Source: Clostridia bacterium
Lineage (GTDB): Bacteria; Bacillota; Clostridia; Oscillospirales; CAG-272
Direction of reading: 5' to 3'
NCBI GenBank assembly: GCA_017451585.1
Contig: JAFTOC010000068.1
Coordinates: 10,059-74,058, forward strand
Length of the DNA: 64,000 nt
In this document: in pieces, positions 42,214 to 52,286 of the stretch
How the letters are laid out: every line of letters begins with the position of its first letter
How positions within the stretch are numbered: the first letter of the stretch is position 1
The notes under the pieces: model-generated
The model's input: the letters and a program-made list of their open reading frames with translations, nothing else
Told to the model about the DNA's origin: nothing
Databases searched by the model: none
Made by a program: the position numbers and the translations under genes

Positions 42214-44757
42214 TTAAACAAGTTCAATCGTCACGATCTTCTTGGCAGGGACGTCGATGGTCAGCACGCCGTCCTCGATGGCGAGGGCTTCCTGACGTTC
42301 CTCGTTGAGATTGGTGCGGTACGCTTCCTTAACGCAACCGCAAAGGGTGGCGCTCAAGGTCTGGGGCTGATCGGTAAGATTGAAGAAGCGGAGGATGGTG
42401 GTATCCCGCTCCTCAGCCTGCTTGCAGGCGGTGACGTGCAGATAGGGATTGTCGAAGGATACGTACCGCTTCGTTGCAGGCACGCTTCTCTTCCGGCACT
42501 CGGTACCAACTGCCAGCACAGCGGGAGCGGCAAAGTCGTAGGCGGTGCGGTACGCCTTGCCTTTACACTCGGTGCAGTAGGGGACGACGGCGTATTCCAG
42601 CGTGTACTCGCCCTTGCACTGTGCCTTAGGCGTGGGGAATACGCCCCAGTCGCCCATTTCCTTTACGCAACGCAGGAGGGTGATGGCGATGGTATTGTGA
42701 CCGTTTCTGAGGATCTCGTACTCACAGATGCCGCGGTTGGCGACGGCAAGCGCTGCGCCGGACGCAGGCTCCATTGCCACGAACGCCTGGGTTTTCTGCA
42801 GATTGGCGGGATTTTCCCAAGTAAAGGTAGGCTCGATGGGACGGGCGGTCAGATCGAACTGACCCTCGGAGAGAGCGTGATCCGCCGCCACGTCGCTGTC
42901 AAACAGCGCACGGATGCGGTGATTCTCGCCGTGATTGACGATGACGCTCTTCACGTCCACACGGTTCACCCCTGCGGTCAGGGTGACGTAGGAGGTAACG
43001 GTAGCGTCGCCGACCAGCTTGGCAACCGTCTTAAAGGTTGCGCTGTAGGGAGTGGTTTCGTAGAGGGTAGTCTCGGCAGACTCGCAGAGGGTGGGCGCGC
43101 CGCCGGCACGGAAGTTGTAGCTTTCACCGTGGTCGGGCTGATCCTCCAAACGGTTCTGATTATAGAAGGTTCTGCCGGTGCGGCGATCGGTCAGGTCGAA
43201 GGCACCGTCGGGACGGAAGGTGACGGTCAGCGCCTCATTTTCCATGCCGTTTTCACGGACGGTGATGGGGCAGTCGATGGTGGGAGCGGTCTCTACCTTC
43301 ACCACCTTATAGACCTGCCAGCCCATGCCCTCGGTGGTCACGGGGAACTCCACTACAAAGCGATCTACGTAGCGGGGCTGACGGAAGCGGTCGCTTGGCA
43401 GAGTGTAGGTGAACTGATTGTCGATGCGCGTAACCTTGGCGGGAACGAGCTTGCCCTCGCCGTCGTAGACGGCGATTGCCTTCGCCGCCTCGTCTCTGCC
43501 AAAGTCTACATTTGCCGTGGCAACGACGGTGGACTTGGCAGGCTCCAGCGACAGCACAAGGATCGCCTTGTCGCCGCCGCAATCAGTATCTACCACGCCC
43601 GCAAGATAGGTAAGCGCCTCTTCGGTGAGCTTGTCGGAAACCTGCTGAGAGGAATCGAAGCGCGCCAGCATGGCGTCGTAGACCTCGTCGCAGGAGCAGG
43701 TGCAGATGGAATCGTGGGGGTGATTCTGCATCAGACGGCGCCAAGCGTAGAGGAAGAAGTCACGGTCGTACTTGCCGCCGGTGATAGCCGCCAGCCGCGC
43801 CGCAGGCTCGGCGAGCCGCTCCAGCGTATGCTGATTCTTCCAGTTGCGGGTCTTGATGTCGATGTGGGTAGATGCGGTGGAGGTGAGCAGACCCCAGCCG
43901 CTGGTGTACTGACCTATGATCTCGCCCTCAAAGGGCGCCAGCTGATCCTTGTATTGACGGATCTCTTCGATGTAATCCTTGAAATTGGACTGCTTTACCT
44001 CGTACTCGTCCTGCACCTCGTTGGCAGTCTTGATGATCTGTACCAGGTTCCGCTGGAGAGGCTGATGATCACAGCCGTTCATACCCAGCAGGTGATCGGT
44101 GACCGCGAACCGCTCCATAGAATGGCACATTCCCAACAGACGGTCGCGGAGCGCGTTCGGATCGGAGGGAAGCTCGTTGGCGTTAGAATACCAATGGGTG
44201 AACAGCACGCCGATGACCTCGCTACCGTCGGGGGCGCGCCACAGCAGCTCGGATTTGGTGATGCCGTTCTGACGGATGATCTGATTGTCACTGCCCACGT
44301 CGTTGAGACCGCGACCGAAGATGGCGTTGTCGATGCCAAAGCCCTGACAGATCTGGGGCGCCTGCCCGATATTACCGAAGGCGTCGGGGAAATAGCCACT
44401 CATCACGGGATCTGCGCCGAAGGCTTTGGACAGCTTGATGCCGTAGAGCATATTGCGGACGTTCGCTTCGCCGCTGGTAAGGAACTCGTCCTGCAGGACG
44501 TACCAAGGGCCGATCTGGATGCGATTTTCACGCACCAGCTTCTGCAGGCGCTCCTTCATGTGGGGGCGGATCTCCAAATAGTCCTCTACGGGGATGAACT
44601 GACCGTCCATGTGGTAGTAGGTGTACTCCTCGGACTTCTCCATCTCCTCGATGATGGCGTCGAACAGCTCCACCAGCTTCATGCGATGGGCTTCAAAGGA
44701 CTGGTACCACTCACGATCCCAGTGGGAGTGAGGAATGATGTGCAGTGTTTTTTTCAT
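42214..44757 (-). CDS. GH38 alpha-mannosidase
   Basis: N-terminus LHIIPHSHWDREWY (GH38 metal site), about 850 aa. Start at MKKTLH sits behind AAAGGAGA. Confidence 0.9.
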   Translation of the reverse strand: MKKTLHIIPHSHWDREWYQSFEAHRMKLVELFDAIIEEMEKSEEYTYYHMDGQFIPVEDYLEIRPHMKERLQKLVRENRIQIGPWYVLQDEFLTSGEANVRNMLYGIKLSKAFGADPVMSGYFPDAFGNIGQAPQICQGFGIDNAIFGRGLNDVGSDNQIIRQNGITKSELLWRAPDGSEVIGVLFTHWYSNANELPSDPNALRDRLLGMCHSMERFAVTDHLLGMNGCDHQPLQRNLVQIIKTANEVQDEYEVKQSNFKDYIEEIRQYKDQLAPFEGEIIGQYTSGWGLLTSTASTHIDIKTRNWKNQHTLERLAEPAARLAAITGGKYDRDFFLYAWRRLMQNHPHDSICTCSCDEVYDAMLARFDSSQQVSDKLTEEALTYLAGVVDTDCGGDKAILVLSLEPAKSTVVATANVDFGRDEAAKAIAVYDGEGKLVPAKVTRIDNQFTYTLPSDRFRQPRYVDRFVVEFPVTTEGMGWQVYKVVKVETAPTIDCPITVRENGMENEALTVTFRPDGAFDLTDRRTGRTFYNQNRLEDQPDHGESYNFRAGGAPTLCESAETTLYETTPYSATFKTVAKLVGDATVTSYVTLTAGVNRVDVKSVIVNHGENHRIRALFDSDVAADHALSEGQFDLTARPIEPTFTWENPANLQKTQAFVAMEPASGAALAVANRGICEYEILRNGHNTIAITLLRCVKEMGDWGVFPTPKAQCKGEYTLEYAVVPYCTECKGKAYRTAYDFAAPAVLAVGTECRKRSVPATKRYVSFDNPYLHVTACKQAEERDTTILRFFNLTDQPQTLSATLCGCVKEAYRTNLNEERQEALAIEDGVLTIDVPAKKIVTIELV

Positions 44758-44948
44758 AGGGGTCTCCTTTTTCCGCAAATTCCGCGGAACATCTCCATAA
44801 AATCGGGCAGATCGGCAATCACAGCCGAAGCCCATCTGATTATCATTGTACACGAAAGCCTCTTCCCTGTCAAGATGTTTTGCGATTTTCGCTCTTTTGA
44901 AAGTTTCCCAACCAATGGTTGGGAGACACATCTGCGCGTTTCAACCCT

Positions 44949-45016
44949 CCATCGGATGGTTTATTGACTTTGCGCGAGTGGCAGGGTACAATAAAATCAA
45001 GATGATCGTCCAAAAT
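44949..45016 (+). promoter_or_regulatory. promoter with flanking palindromic operators (ABC exporter gene)
   Basis: CCATCGGATGG palindrome, then TTGACT-17-TACAAT, then CAAGATGATCGTCCAAAAT. The same architecture recurs at 47716-47783. Confidence 0.65.
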
Positions 45017-45034
45017 TTTACGGAGGTAATGTCT

Positions 45035-46855
45035 ATGAAAACGAAAAAGCCACCCCAAAACAAACCCGCCCACTCGGTAATCAGCAATATTCATTATGTA
45101 CTGTCCATGCTTTGCGAAAAACACAAGGGATTTGTTATCTTTCAACTATTCTTTGCAGTATATAGCTGTTTAGAAAACATTCTGCCTGTACTGTTTCTCA
45201 AAATGGTCATTGATTTGGTGACCGCCGAGGTAGCACTTCCGAACTTTCTCACATGGTCAACGATAATCGCACTCGCTCTGCTGGTACTTTATTTGGTGCG
45301 TAAATGGTACGCTATCAGTCTGAACCCCATTGGAATGGTGAAGGTGAAGTGTGATATGCGTGTTCGGCTTTTGCAGAAAGCCAAAAAAATCGAATACGCC
45401 AAATTCGATCAGACTGATTTTTTCGATCTCTATTCCAGAAGCATTTCCGAAGCCGAAAATCGCAGCATGGACGTGCTTTTCTCCTGCTGTGAATTCATCA
45501 CGGCAGTCTGCTCACTGGCAGGTATTTCGGCGGTGATTCTTTCGCTGAATCCTCTGATGATTCTGATTTCCGCCGCCATGTTGGTAGGGGAAATACTTAT
45601 TGATAACTCTGGAAGCAAGCTCATTTATCAAAAGGATACAGAGCTTCTCCCGATTAATCGGCAAAACAATTATATCAAACGACTTTTCTATCAGAAGCAG
45701 TTTGCCAAGGAAATCAAAATCTTTTCCATTTCCGAAATACTCTTCCGCCGTCAAAAGCGTGTCGCGGATGATCTGATCGAAAGCACCCGAAAATACGGCA
45801 GAAAGTTGATGGGAGTCTATTCGTTAGCGGCATGTTGGGAGGTTTTGTATAATATCGGCATTGACATTTACTGCGCCGCACTCGTCCTGCTGGGACAGAT
45901 CACCTTCGGTGATTTCACCGCGCTGAGAAGCACCGCGCAAAAATTTATTAGTCAGATCGGAAAACTGTTTGACATCATTCCCAATATGAAAAAGCACTCG
46001 CTCTATATCAACGATTTTCGCAAATTTATGGAAGAAGGAACCGAAAAGCAGATGCATTCTCTTCCTGCACCCGACCGCTTTGCCTCTCTCGAACTGCAAA
46101 ACGCTTCCTTCACCTACGAAGGCTCGGGCTTTTCCCTAAAAGACCTGTCGCTGACCATCCATAAAGGAGAAAAAATCGCCATCGTGGGCGAAAACGGGTC
46201 AGGCAAGTCAACGCTGATTAAGATGCTGATGAATCTCTATCATCCCGAAAGCGGTAAAATCTGCTATAACGGCAAATCCTACGACGAATATGACGACGAA
46301 GCCCTACACTCCTCCTTCGGTGCGGTCTTCCAAGACATTCAGAGCTACGATATGACCATCGCTGAATACGTTCTGCTTCGCGAGTACACCGAAGCCGATT
46401 ATCCCCTCGTTTGGGATGCGCTGAAAAAAAGCGGACTCTATGATTTTGTAAAAAAACTCCCCAAGGGACTTGAAACCCATATTTCCACCGAATTTAATCC
46501 CGAGGGCATGGAGCTTTCGGGCGGTCAACTTCAAAAACTCGCCATTGCACGTATCTACGCAGGCGATTACGACTTTATCATCCTTGACGAGCCGACGTCC
46601 GCACTCGATCCCCGCTCCGAGTACGAGTTTAACAAGACGCTGTTTGACATCGCCAAGGACAAAACGGTTATTTTCATTTCCCATCGCCTTTCCACCACCC
46701 GTTTTGCTGACAAGATCTATCTCATGGACGGCGGCAGGATCGTGGAAGCGGGCAGTCACGAGCAACTCATGCACATCGAGAAGGGACATTACCGTGAACT
46801 CTTCGATATGCAGGCTGAATACTACGTGGAAAGTGCAAAATCCCACGCCGCATAG
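45035..46855 (+). CDS. ABC transporter, fused permease/ATP-binding protein (exporter type)
   Basis: Six-TM N-terminal half. Walker A GENGSGKST, signature LSGGQLQK, Walker B FIILDEPTSALD. Confidence 0.9.
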   Translation: MKTKKPPQNKPAHSVISNIHYVLSMLCEKHKGFVIFQLFFAVYSCLENILPVLFLKMVIDLVTAEVALPNFLTWSTIIALALLVLYLVRKWYAISLNPIGMVKVKCDMRVRLLQKAKKIEYAKFDQTDFFDLYSRSISEAENRSMDVLFSCCEFITAVCSLAGISAVILSLNPLMILISAAMLVGEILIDNSGSKLIYQKDTELLPINRQNNYIKRLFYQKQFAKEIKIFSISEILFRRQKRVADDLIESTRKYGRKLMGVYSLAACWEVLYNIGIDIYCAALVLLGQITFGDFTALRSTAQKFISQIGKLFDIIPNMKKHSLYINDFRKFMEEGTEKQMHSLPAPDRFASLELQNASFTYEGSGFSLKDLSLTIHKGEKIAIVGENGSGKSTLIKMLMNLYHPESGKICYNGKSYDEYDDEALHSSFGAVFQDIQSYDMTIAEYVLLREYTEADYPLVWDALKKSGLYDFVKKLPKGLETHISTEFNPEGMELSGGQLQKLAIARIYAGDYDFIILDEPTSALDPRSEYEFNKTLFDIAKDKTVIFISHRLSTTRFADKIYLMDGGRIVEAGSHEQLMHIEKGHYRELFDMQAEYYVESAKSHAA

Positions 46856-46865
46856 TGTCAAAATG

Positions 46866-46894
46866 TTGACAAAACTTGCCGATTTTGCTATAAT
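46866..46894 (+). promoter_or_regulatory. consensus sigma-70 promoter of the first XRE gene
   Basis: TTGACA-17 nt-TATAAT. Confidence 0.7.
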
Positions 46895-46936
46895 GAAGAC
46901 ACAAGCAGATTGTTAGCCGTGTAGGAGGCACTCACT

Positions 46937-47671
46937 ATGAAATCCATCAGCGAAAAAATCCGCGAACTGCGCAAAAATCAAAAGCTCACTCAAGAGGCAC
47001 TGGGTGCCAAGCTTGGCATCTCAGGTCAGGCTGTAGCAAAATGGGAGAAGGGCGAAAGTCTGCCCGATATTCTCCTTCTCCCCGATTTGTGCAAGATTTT
47101 GGATACCACGGCTGACCAGCTTCTTCAAATCGAAAAGCCCAAAAAAGCCATCGGCAAACTGCTTAAGGTTGAAGATCAAAAAGGAATGCGTTTTCAACTG
47201 AAAGGCAAGCGTTATCGTGACGAAAGCCTGAAACTCAGTTATGCCGATGTGATAAAACATCTCAGTATTCTCACCGACGAGGCGACGTTCCGCGTGTTGA
47301 TGGCAATTCCCGTGGATGAGGGTGCGCTGTCCCAAGAGGAAATTTGCACCTCTACCGGGCTTACCGATGCAGAAGTGCGCAAAGCACTTCGGATTCTCCA
47401 AAAACGGGAGTATATTCGGGAAGCTGACACCAATTCGGTAGATATAGAACCGAAATACCAACAGTCCCCCACCGGTGCCGCCGGCATTTATATGATCTTG
47501 GCAGGTCTACGTGTAGACGGATGCTCTTTCGTCGGAGAAAAAAAGCCGCAGCTTCTTATTTCCTCCACAAATGAAACTTCTACCACTACCTTGCTCATTA
47601 CCGATGAAGCCAAACTGCTTGCCACTTCCCCCAATCCCGAAACGGTCACAGTCAATTTCATAGACGATTGA
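46937..47671 (+). CDS. XRE-family HTH regulator with C-terminal winged-helix-like/unknown domain (paralog 1)
   Basis: KIRELRKNQKLTQEALGAKLGISGQAVAKWEKGESLPD. Confidence 0.85.
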   Translation: MKSISEKIRELRKNQKLTQEALGAKLGISGQAVAKWEKGESLPDILLLPDLCKILDTTADQLLQIEKPKKAIGKLLKVEDQKGMRFQLKGKRYRDESLKLSYADVIKHLSILTDEATFRVLMAIPVDEGALSQEEICTSTGLTDAEVRKALRILQKREYIREADTNSVDIEPKYQQSPTGAAGIYMILAGLRVDGCSFVGEKKPQLLISSTNETSTTTLLITDEAKLLATSPNPETVTVNFIDD

Positions 47672-47715
47672 ACCCAACCGCTCTTTGTGCCCCCCCAACC
47701 CACGGTTTCCGTCTC

Positions 47716-47783
47716 CCATCGGATGGTTTATTGACTTGGGCAAGAATTCGTGCTACCATATAGCCAAGATGATCATCCGAAAT
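47716..47783 (+). promoter_or_regulatory. promoter with the same palindromic operators (second XRE gene)
   Basis: CCATCGGATGG, TTGACT-17-TACCAT, CAAGATGATCATCCGAAAT. Confidence 0.65.
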
Positions 47784-47804
47784 CAATGAAACGAGGAAAT
47801 GAAA

Positions 47805-48527
47805 ATGAATCCTATCAATGAAAAAATCCGCGAGTTGCGGAAAAGCAAAAATCTCACCCAGGATGCACTGGGCGCAAAGCTGGGAATCTCCGGGCAGGCC
47901 GTTGCCAAGTGGGAAAAGGGCGAGAGTATGCCCGACATTCTGCTCCTGCCCGATCTGTGTAAGATTTTGGGGACGTCTGCCGATGATCTTTTAGAGGTCG
48001 CCCGTCCCGAAACGGAAGCGGCGGATCTGCTCAGAATCAAGGATCTGAGAGGACTGCTCTTCGAATTAAAGGGCACCGACTATCGGGATGAATGTCTGAA
48101 GCTCAGCCACGAAGACGTTACCGGCTATCTCAGCGTGTTGACCAATCCCATGACCTTTAACGTATTGAAAACGATCCCCTACAAAGGCGACGAATCCATC
48201 ACACGAACGGAAGTCTGCTCGCTGACAGGATATTCCGAAGCCGACGTGGACAAAGTCCTCCGATATCTGCAGAAGAGAGATATGGTCGGCGAAGTGAACG
48301 GGTCTGATGACGATGACGAAATCGTATCCTTTGATACGATAGATGAACCTCACTATACGCAAGGGAACGGAATGCTGGGCATTTATATGGTACTGGCGGG
48401 CTGTATGCGAAGCTATGGTTCTGCCACCAAAGATTCTGTTGTCATCCGCACGTCCCAAGAAGGCGATGAGACGGTCACCACGATTATCAAAACTCACGTA
48501 ACTATTGACGTAAGCGAAACAAACTGA
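47805..48527 (+). CDS. XRE-family HTH regulator (paralog 2)
   Basis: KIRELRKSKNLTQDALGAKLGISGQAVAKWEKGESMPD. Start at MNPINEK aligns with paralog 1 and has better SD spacing than the ATG at 47799. Confidence 0.85.
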   Translation: MNPINEKIRELRKSKNLTQDALGAKLGISGQAVAKWEKGESMPDILLLPDLCKILGTSADDLLEVARPETEAADLLRIKDLRGLLFELKGTDYRDECLKLSHEDVTGYLSVLTNPMTFNVLKTIPYKGDESITRTEVCSLTGYSEADVDKVLRYLQKRDMVGEVNGSDDDDEIVSFDTIDEPHYTQGNGMLGIYMVLAGCMRSYGSATKDSVVIRTSQEGDETVTTIIKTHVTIDVSETN

Positions 48528-48642
48528 TTAGCAGCTCTGAGCACGGCAAGCATTTGCCGTGCTTTTTCTAAAAAGTTTTGGAAGGAGTGTGAGGAAACTT
48601 TATTCAAAAAGTTTCCTCACTCAAAAAACTTTCCCCATCTCC

Positions 48643-48671
48643 TTGACTTTTTTCGGGATTTGCGGTACAAT
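48643..48671 (+). promoter_or_regulatory. sigma-70 promoter of the C-S lyase gene
   Basis: TTGACT-17 nt-TACAAT. Confidence 0.65.
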
Positions 48672-48706
48672 GTAGAAAACACTCACCTTTTGGGAGGACT
48701 GTACCA

Positions 48707-49870
48707 ATGTACGATTTTGACAGAATCATCAACCGCCGCGGCACCGACTGCGTAAAATACGATAACATCATCTCTTCCGGCAGACCCGAGAATACCATTC
48801 CTCTGTTCGTTGCCGATATGGATTTCGCCGTCGCCCCCGAAATCGTGGCGGCACTGCACAAGACCGTGGATCGTGAAATCTACGGCTATCCGATTCGGGG
48901 AAAGGAGTATTTCGAAGCCATTGCGGGCTGGTATCGCCGCCGCTACGACTGGGAGCTTTCCGAGGAGTGGCTCCTGACTACTCCCGGCGTAGTGGACGCA
49001 CTGAATCTTGCCGTCCGCGCTTACACCGAGCCCGGTGATCGGGTACTGATCCTGACGCCCGTTTACGGTCCCTTCGGTGCGGCGGTGAAAAACAACGGCA
49101 GAATCATTGCCGAGTGCCCGCTGACCTATCACGGCGACCGTTACACCGTGGACTATGCCGCTTTTGAGGAAACCGTCGTCCGCGAGGGTGTAAAGCTCTT
49201 CCTCCTCTGCTCGCCCCACAATCCCGTAGGCAGAGTCTGGACGAAGGAGGAGCTGACCCGCATGGGCGAGATCTGTCTTGCCCACGGCGTGACCGTCATT
49301 GCCGACGAGATCCACTCGGATTTCGTCTATCCCGGGCACAAGCATATCAATTTCGCTACCATTTCCCCCGAATTTGCCGCAAACTCGGTGACCTGCACCG
49401 CTCCCAGCAAGACCTTCAACCTGGCAGGACTGTGGAACTCCAATATTCTGATCCCTTCCCCCGTGCTGAGAAAGAAATTTGCCACCGAGATGGCGCGCTC
49501 CAACACGCCCCTGCCCACCGTTTTCGCCTTTGAAGCCTGCAAAGCAGCGTACAACCACGGCGACGCTTGGCTGGACGAGCTTTTGGTATATCTTGCCGAC
49601 AACATCCGGCTGGTACGGGAATTTTTCGCCGCGAACCTTCCCGACGTAAAGTTCACCGAGACCGAGGGCACCTACCTGATGTGGGGCGATTTCTCCGCCT
49701 ACGGCACGCCCGAGGAATTGGAGAAGAAGTTCTTCGACGGCGGCATCTGGCTCAACCGAGACGCCGATTTCAACGTCTCCCCCGCAGGCTTCTACCGCAT
49801 CAACGTGGCAACGCCCCGCGCCGTGCTGAGAGAAGCGCTGGAGCGGATGAAGGCGATTTTGACAGAATAA
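48707..49870 (+). CDS. MalY/PatB-type PLP-dependent C-S lyase (cystathionine beta-lyase-like aminotransferase)
   Basis: N-terminus YDFDRIINRRGTDCVKYD, and the SPHNPVGRVW and APSKTFNLAG (PLP lysine) motifs. Confidence 0.9.
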   Translation: MYDFDRIINRRGTDCVKYDNIISSGRPENTIPLFVADMDFAVAPEIVAALHKTVDREIYGYPIRGKEYFEAIAGWYRRRYDWELSEEWLLTTPGVVDALNLAVRAYTEPGDRVLILTPVYGPFGAAVKNNGRIIAECPLTYHGDRYTVDYAAFEETVVREGVKLFLLCSPHNPVGRVWTKEELTRMGEICLAHGVTVIADEIHSDFVYPGHKHINFATISPEFAANSVTCTAPSKTFNLAGLWNSNILIPSPVLRKKFATEMARSNTPLPTVFAFEACKAAYNHGDAWLDELLVYLADNIRLVREFFAANLPDVKFTETEGTYLMWGDFSAYGTPEELEKKFFDGGIWLNRDADFNVSPAGFYRINVATPRAVLREALERMKAILTE

Positions 49871-49936
49871 ACGCATACTGAAAAAGCCATCTTTCCAAAA
49901 ACACTGTTGGCATCGTGCGCAAGTTCGTACAAACTC

Positions 49937-50070
49937 AAGGCTCCCTCCGAGAGGGAGCTCCCGCGAAGCGGGTGAGGGAGAGTGCGTTACTATCAAATTC
50001 GTGCAAACTTGCTGGTTGCGCAGGCTCCCTCAGTCGCCTTTGGCGACAGCTCCCTCTCGGAGGGAGCCTT
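49937..50070. repeat. composite REP/MITE-like element, copy 2
   Basis: aaggctccctccgagagggagctcccgcgaagcgggtgagggag ... gttgcgcaggctccctcagtcgcctttggcgacagctccctctcggagggagccttt. Confidence 0.75.
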
Positions 50071-50199
50071 TCTATTTGTGCAAATCTACAATCCTTGTTT
50101 TCTGATTAGACTTTTTCGACACGCTGAAAAGAGGTTGCGTCATACAACCTCTTTTGCGTTTCTCAACCCTCAGTAAGTCCCTATTCAACGAATGATTGA

Positions 50200-50228
50200 T
50201 TGACTTTTCCGTTTTTTGCTGTTACAAT
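50200..50228 (+). promoter_or_regulatory. sigma-70 promoter, about 165 nt upstream of the next gene
   Basis: TTGACT-17 nt-TACAAT. Confidence 0.55.
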
Positions 50229-50393
50229 AAAAGCAGAAGAGCGGCAGTCGACGGTCGCTCTCGGGCGGGCAAAAAATTTTTTCAATTTTTCAAAAAAGAC
50301 CCAACCTTTTGCCCGTTTTCGACACTCTATATAGTGAAACCGGTTTCATGGAAGCTTCCGCATTTTACATCGCAGACAGTACAGGAGGTATCT

Positions 50394-51017
50394 ATGGATT
50401 ACAAGCGCAACGCACGTTATTTTTCGAAAACTTTCGCAAGAAATATGCTTATTCTCGCCGTGGCAGGCGTGATCCTCGCCGCAGTGGGAGGATTCGTCTG
50501 GTGGAACGTCTATCTGGGATTTTGGGACATCTTCGTAGAGATCGCTGCCGTGGTCGGCGTGATCCTGGCGGTCAGCGCCATCAGCCAGCGTCCCTCGGAA
50601 AAGGATCTCTTCGAGCAGATCGAAGAGGCCAAAAAACGCTTCCGCGACGAAGCGATGGAAGCCTTCGGTTATCCCGTAAGCGCCGACGACTGCACCCGCA
50701 CCGTTTGGGGATTCGTTCCCGGAAGCGTGGAAAAGATCACCAAGGACGGCAAAACGGTCACCGATCGGGTGGAATTTGCCCTCATTTGGATGAAAAAGGG
50801 CGAGCTGGCGGTTCGGCGGCAGACCTGCGGACTCTTGACAGAGGAGACGGAGATCGCCGAGTTCAGACTCTCTCTGCGAACCCTCTCCGCTACGTTGGAT
50901 CGAGAGGCGGGAGTGCTCACGCTCCAAACGCCCGATGAGACGCTGGTACTGTCGGTGTTCGAGCCCGACTATCAGCTGGAGGAGTTTGTGGACGCAATCA
51001 CCCGGAAGGGGAAATAA
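50394..51017 (+). CDS. hypothetical membrane protein (two TM helices)
   Basis: Start at MDYKRN behind AGGAGG. TM segments LILAVAGVILAAVGGFVWW and VEIAAVVGVILAVSAI. Confidence 0.65.
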   Translation: MDYKRNARYFSKTFARNMLILAVAGVILAAVGGFVWWNVYLGFWDIFVEIAAVVGVILAVSAISQRPSEKDLFEQIEEAKKRFRDEAMEAFGYPVSADDCTRTVWGFVPGSVEKITKDGKTVTDRVEFALIWMKKGELAVRRQTCGLLTEETEIAEFRLSLRTLSATLDREAGVLTLQTPDETLVLSVFEPDYQLEEFVDAITRKGK

Positions 51018-51025
51018 GACAAACA

Positions 51026-51067
51026 GGGGCTGGCTCAAATTTCGCATTTGAGCCAGCCCCTTGTTTC
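51026..51067. terminator. bidirectional intrinsic terminator
   Basis: 15-bp perfect stem ggggctggctcaaat / atttgagccagcccc followed by ttgtttc, between convergent genes. Confidence 0.85.
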
Positions 51068-51071
51068 TATA

Positions 51072-52055
51072 TCAGCAAATCCGCGGCAGACCTTCGCCTA
51101 CCAGCGGTCCGATGCGGCGGATGCCGCCGAGGGCGGTGCGGAGGGTGACGCCCTCTCCTGCCGTTACGGTGCCGATGACGGTGGCATTCTCGCCGTAGGG
51201 GGATGAGCGGACGATCTCCAATGCCGGCTCCGCTTCCTCGGCGGGGAGGAGGGCGATCAGCTTGCCCTCGTTGCCCATATAGAGGGGGGAGAGCCCCAAC
51301 AGTCCGCAGAAGCTCTTGACGGCGGGGGTCATAGGGAGGGCATCCTCTTCCAGTTCAATCTGCACGGACGAGGCTTCGGCAATCTCGGCAAGCACGGTGC
51401 CCAGCCCGCCGCGGGTCACGTCCCGCATGGCGTGGAGGTGGATGCCTGCCGATAAAAGTGCCTGCACCATAGCGGTCAGGGGTGCGGCATCGCTCTCGAT
51501 TTGGTTCTCGATGCCCATGCGCGCCGACAGCAGAGCGGCGTGATGATCGCCCAGCGTGCCCGACAGCAGGACTACGTCCCCAGCCTGTGCCCGGGATGCG
51601 GAGACCTCCACGCCGTCGGGGACAAAGCCCACGCCGGTGGTGTTGATGAAGACCTGACCGCTCCCCTCCACCACCTTGGTGTCGCCGGCGACGATGAGGA
51701 CCCCTGCTTCCCTTGCGGTCGCCGCCATAGAGCAGGCGATGCGGTCGAGGGTGTCGGTGTCGGTGCCGGTTTCGATGATAAAGGCGGCGGTGAGGTAGCG
51801 GGGAGTCGCGCCTCGCATCAGAAGATCGTTCACCGTTCCCGCAACGGCCAGCCGTCCGATGTCGCCGCCTCTGAAAAAGAGGGGGGTGACCACGAAGGAG
51901 TCGGTGGTCAGCGCGATCCTACCGCTCTCGGCAGGGAGCAGGGCGGCGTCCTCCATCCCTGCCAGGATGGGATTTTCGAAATGTTTGGCGAAAACTTCGC
52001 TGATGAGGCGAGCGGTAGAAACGCCTCCCGCGCCCTCGGCAAGTGTGATTTTCAT
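51072..52055 (-). CDS. hypE: hydrogenase maturation protein HypE
   Basis: PurM-like fold. C-terminal ...GEGLPRIC (conserved terminal Cys motif). Start at MKITLAEGAGG. Confidence 0.9.
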   Translation of the reverse strand: MKITLAEGAGGVSTARLISEVFAKHFENPILAGMEDAALLPAESGRIALTTDSFVVTPLFFRGGDIGRLAVAGTVNDLLMRGATPRYLTAAFIIETGTDTDTLDRIACSMAATAREAGVLIVAGDTKVVEGSGQVFINTTGVGFVPDGVEVSASRAQAGDVVLLSGTLGDHHAALLSARMGIENQIESDAAPLTAMVQALLSAGIHLHAMRDVTRGGLGTVLAEIAEASSVQIELEEDALPMTPAVKSFCGLLGLSPLYMGNEGKLIALLPAEEAEPALEIVRSSPYGENATVIGTVTAGEGVTLRTALGGIRRIGPLVGEGLPRIC

Positions 52056-52286
52056 AATTGTTTCCTTAGTGTTTTGTAGTTTATGGGTAAAGTTTGATAA
52101 CAGAGAATTGACAAGTGCTAATCGCTTGACTGAGGCGGGAAGAACCATCTCAGACGCCGAATGATTCGTGTAGTTCGCCGTTGGCGAACTACTGGAGTTG
52201 CTCGAGCGCAACTCCGCCCCCTCTCAAACTCTCCCCCTAACTCCTTGGCTGACGGCAAGTGATGTGATATAGAATGATTTTACCAA

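Noticed and set aside
42436-44967. 843-aa plus-strand ORF
   Set aside because: It is antisense to the GH38 mannosidase. Its composition is Gly/Val/Ala/Leu/Arg-rich and it has no start context.
44846-45034. N-terminally extended ORF-track starts (also 44931, 50196, 52211, 58685, 59993, 5474, 15532, 34086, 33809)
   Set aside because: The extensions lack RBSs, run through promoters, terminators or upstream genes, and have non-protein-like composition. In each case an internal Met with a Shine-Dalgarno at 6-9 nt matches the expected family N-terminus.
50229-50393. Riboswitch in the ~165-nt leader of the 50394 gene
   Set aside because: It contains hairpins (gagcggcagtcgacggtcgctc, and gggcaaaa...ttttgccc with a long loop), but no recognisable conserved riboswitch core and no clean terminator/antiterminator pair. 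The evidence is insufficient.
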